DNA of 63,362 bases, filler included, from Candidatus Methanoxibalbensis ujae (GTDB lineage Archaea > Halobacteriota > Syntropharchaeia > Alkanophagales > Methanospirareceae): NCBI GenBank assembly GCA_026134085.1. It is 3 parts of 3 records of this genome, joined end to end, with 100 filler letters (N's around TTAATTAATTAA, not from the genome) between each part and the next. Parts side by side here need not be neighbours in the genome. Positions count along the whole stretch, not along the records: positions 42,560 to 63,362 come from JAOQIN010000032.1; 2 more parts are not named here. One strand, given 5' to 3'. This document shows positions 61,545 through 63,362 of this stretch, one piece after another. Numbering within the stretch: position 1 is the first letter of the stretch; every line of letters begins with the position of its first letter. The notes under the pieces are model-generated. The model searched no databases, was not told the DNA's origin, and was given only the letters and a program-made list of their open reading frames with translations. The translations under genes and the position numbers were made by a program.

Positions 61545-62384
61545 TCAACGCAGCACTTCATATTTTATTTTATGCACATTCCCGTTTTCAAGCCTCAAAA
61601 TTACGACATCTGTCTTGTTCAGGTCAATTCCTGCGAGTCTTGCTGCCTCGCTCACCGCATCGTCCAAGTCACCGATTTTGTCCACGAGTCCCATTTTGAA
61701 GCCTTCTTCGCCTGTGAACCAACCGCCGTGTGTGAGGTTTTGACGCACATCTTCGCTTAAGTTCCGCTTCTCGCATACGCAACGCAGAAAAACATCCAGA
61801 ACGCTCTCCAGTCGCTTTTTTATGTATGCGCGCTCACGCTCATCAAGCCGTTTGTCCGCAAACATGTCCTTGAACTCGCCTGAAGAGAGCGATGAGATTT
61901 CCTTCGCAGGCTTCGTTGCGTTCGCAGGCACTTCAAACGGAAACTCAAAAGAGGCGCCAACGCCACCAACGACGGACATCGGCGTCGCAAGGATTTCATC
62001 TGCGGCTGATGCAACGAGGTAAGCACCTGAAGCTCCGACATCTGCAACAGAAGCGACGACAGGCTTCTTCGCTGCGACTTTCCGAAACTCGTTGAAAAGT
62101 TCCCAGGATGCTCCCGCATCACCGCCTCCGCTGTTTATCCTCAGGACGACCGCCTTCACCGCATCATCCTCCGCATGAACCAGCAGTTTCCTGATTAGTG
62201 AGGGTGAGGCATCGCCACCGTAAGAGATCTCGCCTTCCACCTCCACTATTGCTATTTCTGCTTTTGGATGCCACTCCACCACTTTCGGAGCGAAGAAAAT
62301 AGAAGTAAGGGCGAGAATACTAAATAACACAACCAGAACACATGAAATCACCACCACTAATACTGTCTTTCCCCTTCTACTCAC
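61545..62384 (-). CDS. sppA: Signal peptide peptidase SppA (S49)
   Basis: N-terminal TM segment, LRINSGGG, KPVVAS, ASGAY, GWFTGEE..GLVD. Confidence 0.88.
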   Translation of the reverse strand: MSRRGKTVLVVVISCVLVVLFSILALTSIFFAPKVVEWHPKAEIAIVEVEGEISYGGDASPSLIRKLLVHAEDDAVKAVVLRINSGGGDAGASWELFNEFRKVAAKKPVVASVADVGASGAYLVASAADEILATPMSVVGGVGASFEFPFEVPANATKPAKEISSLSSGEFKDMFADKRLDERERAYIKKRLESVLDVFLRCVCEKRNLSEDVRQNLTHGGWFTGEEGFKMGLVDKIGDLDDAVSEAARLAGIDLNKTDVVILRLENGNVHKIKYEVLR

Positions 62385-63362
62385 TTCTCTTAATCCTCCT
62401 TTCTTATTTATTTTATCTTTTTAATTAAAATTAAAAAATAATTGCGCCTTGAAATGCACATTTCAATCCTCTATCCTCTGTGAATGCGAGCTGCAATCCC
62501 ACATTGTCCTGTTTCTTCTCAGAAGAGGAAGAGCGAGAGGCAGAAATCCGTCAGCGATTTCCACGCAAGATTTTTGTTCAAAATGCAAGCGTCCTGATTG
62601 CTATTACGGAAACCGCATTCTTCGTTTCCCATGCTGAACCGAAACTTCTTCTTTTTCTTTCTCCCATTTTTCCCATCTTCCACATTCCTATCTCCCACCT
62701 CCATGGGAATATGGATATGCGAGGGTGATAACAGGTTCTCCGATTCTCCTTGAACCTGGTCCACATATACAAAACATGCTATCGTTATTCTAAGCTTTCA
62801 TCCACTGTTAGTGTTTTCTTAACTTTCGCAAAATGCCACCACCGGTCGCTTTCTCCTCCTATTTCCCTTGATGATTTATTCCATTCATTATCGATTTGAA
62901 TCAACTCAATGAGCGGAGCCACTCTTCCGAGTGTCCCTCATCCTTTTCTTGAAGGAATCCTCCTTTTCTTGAAGGAATAATCAGGAACGATAAAATCCTT
63001 TTTTGTTTCTTGCCACGAATTTTCTACTCTCTCCATTGAATGAGATCCCGGATGATACCATTGAATCAACCAAATCCCAAACTGTTTTATCCAAATTTTA
63101 ACATTTTTCATTTATTCGCTCTTATCTTCTCCCCTGTCCCATCTCTGAAGCGCGTCTCCAGAGCTCGCCTCTTGTGTATAATTTAATTTTTTTTTATTTT
63201 TATATTTATTTATACTTCAATATATCTATCACTAAAGGGGCTTTGTGATGAGGTGGCGAAAGGTTCACGCAGTTTGATTATCAGTGCTCCGATCAGCAGC
63301 GCTGCTTCTCAGGCCATATCGGAGGTTCTGTCAATCTGCCCTTTCATCCAACCACTAACCAT

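Noticed and set aside
62440..63362. Short overlapping ORFs and a GC-richer tail at the window end
   Set aside because: No motif, consistent frame or recognisable RNA structure.

Overview
Archaeal DNA, most likely from an anaerobic methane- or alkane-oxidising lineage (ANME-1/Methanophagales/Syntrophoarchaeia-like). This is inferred from an mcrC-like gene paired with atwA away from any mcrBGA, plus cofC, mfnD, mptE, trm56, psmB and aCPSF1. The window is three contigs joined by artificial N44-TTAATTAATTAA-N44 linkers (21442-21541, 42460-42559), so adjacency across them is not evidence. The core regions hold an HDAC/AcuC-family gene, rfcS with a mini-intein, an orphan 22-repeat CRISPR array, a NifH/CfbC-like gene, a cbi operon with unusual fusions, and housekeeping genes. 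Three IS200/IS605 (TnpB) right ends sit at contig ends. Main observations: (1) two AT-rich islands (~22.0-27.0 kb, ~49.1-54.4 kb) of co-oriented defence-like genes, separated by related palindromic sites with integron attC architecture and no integrase in the window; (2) pervasive short tandem micro-duplications at gene junctions and in-frame inside core enzymes; (3) a ~135-aa C-terminal domain ending in WIPAI(R/K)L present three times in 4 kb; (4) an unannotated protein with an almost exact internal domain duplication; (5) TnpB reading frames that run through the element end into host DNA. All family assignments are by motif recognition only; no searches were run.
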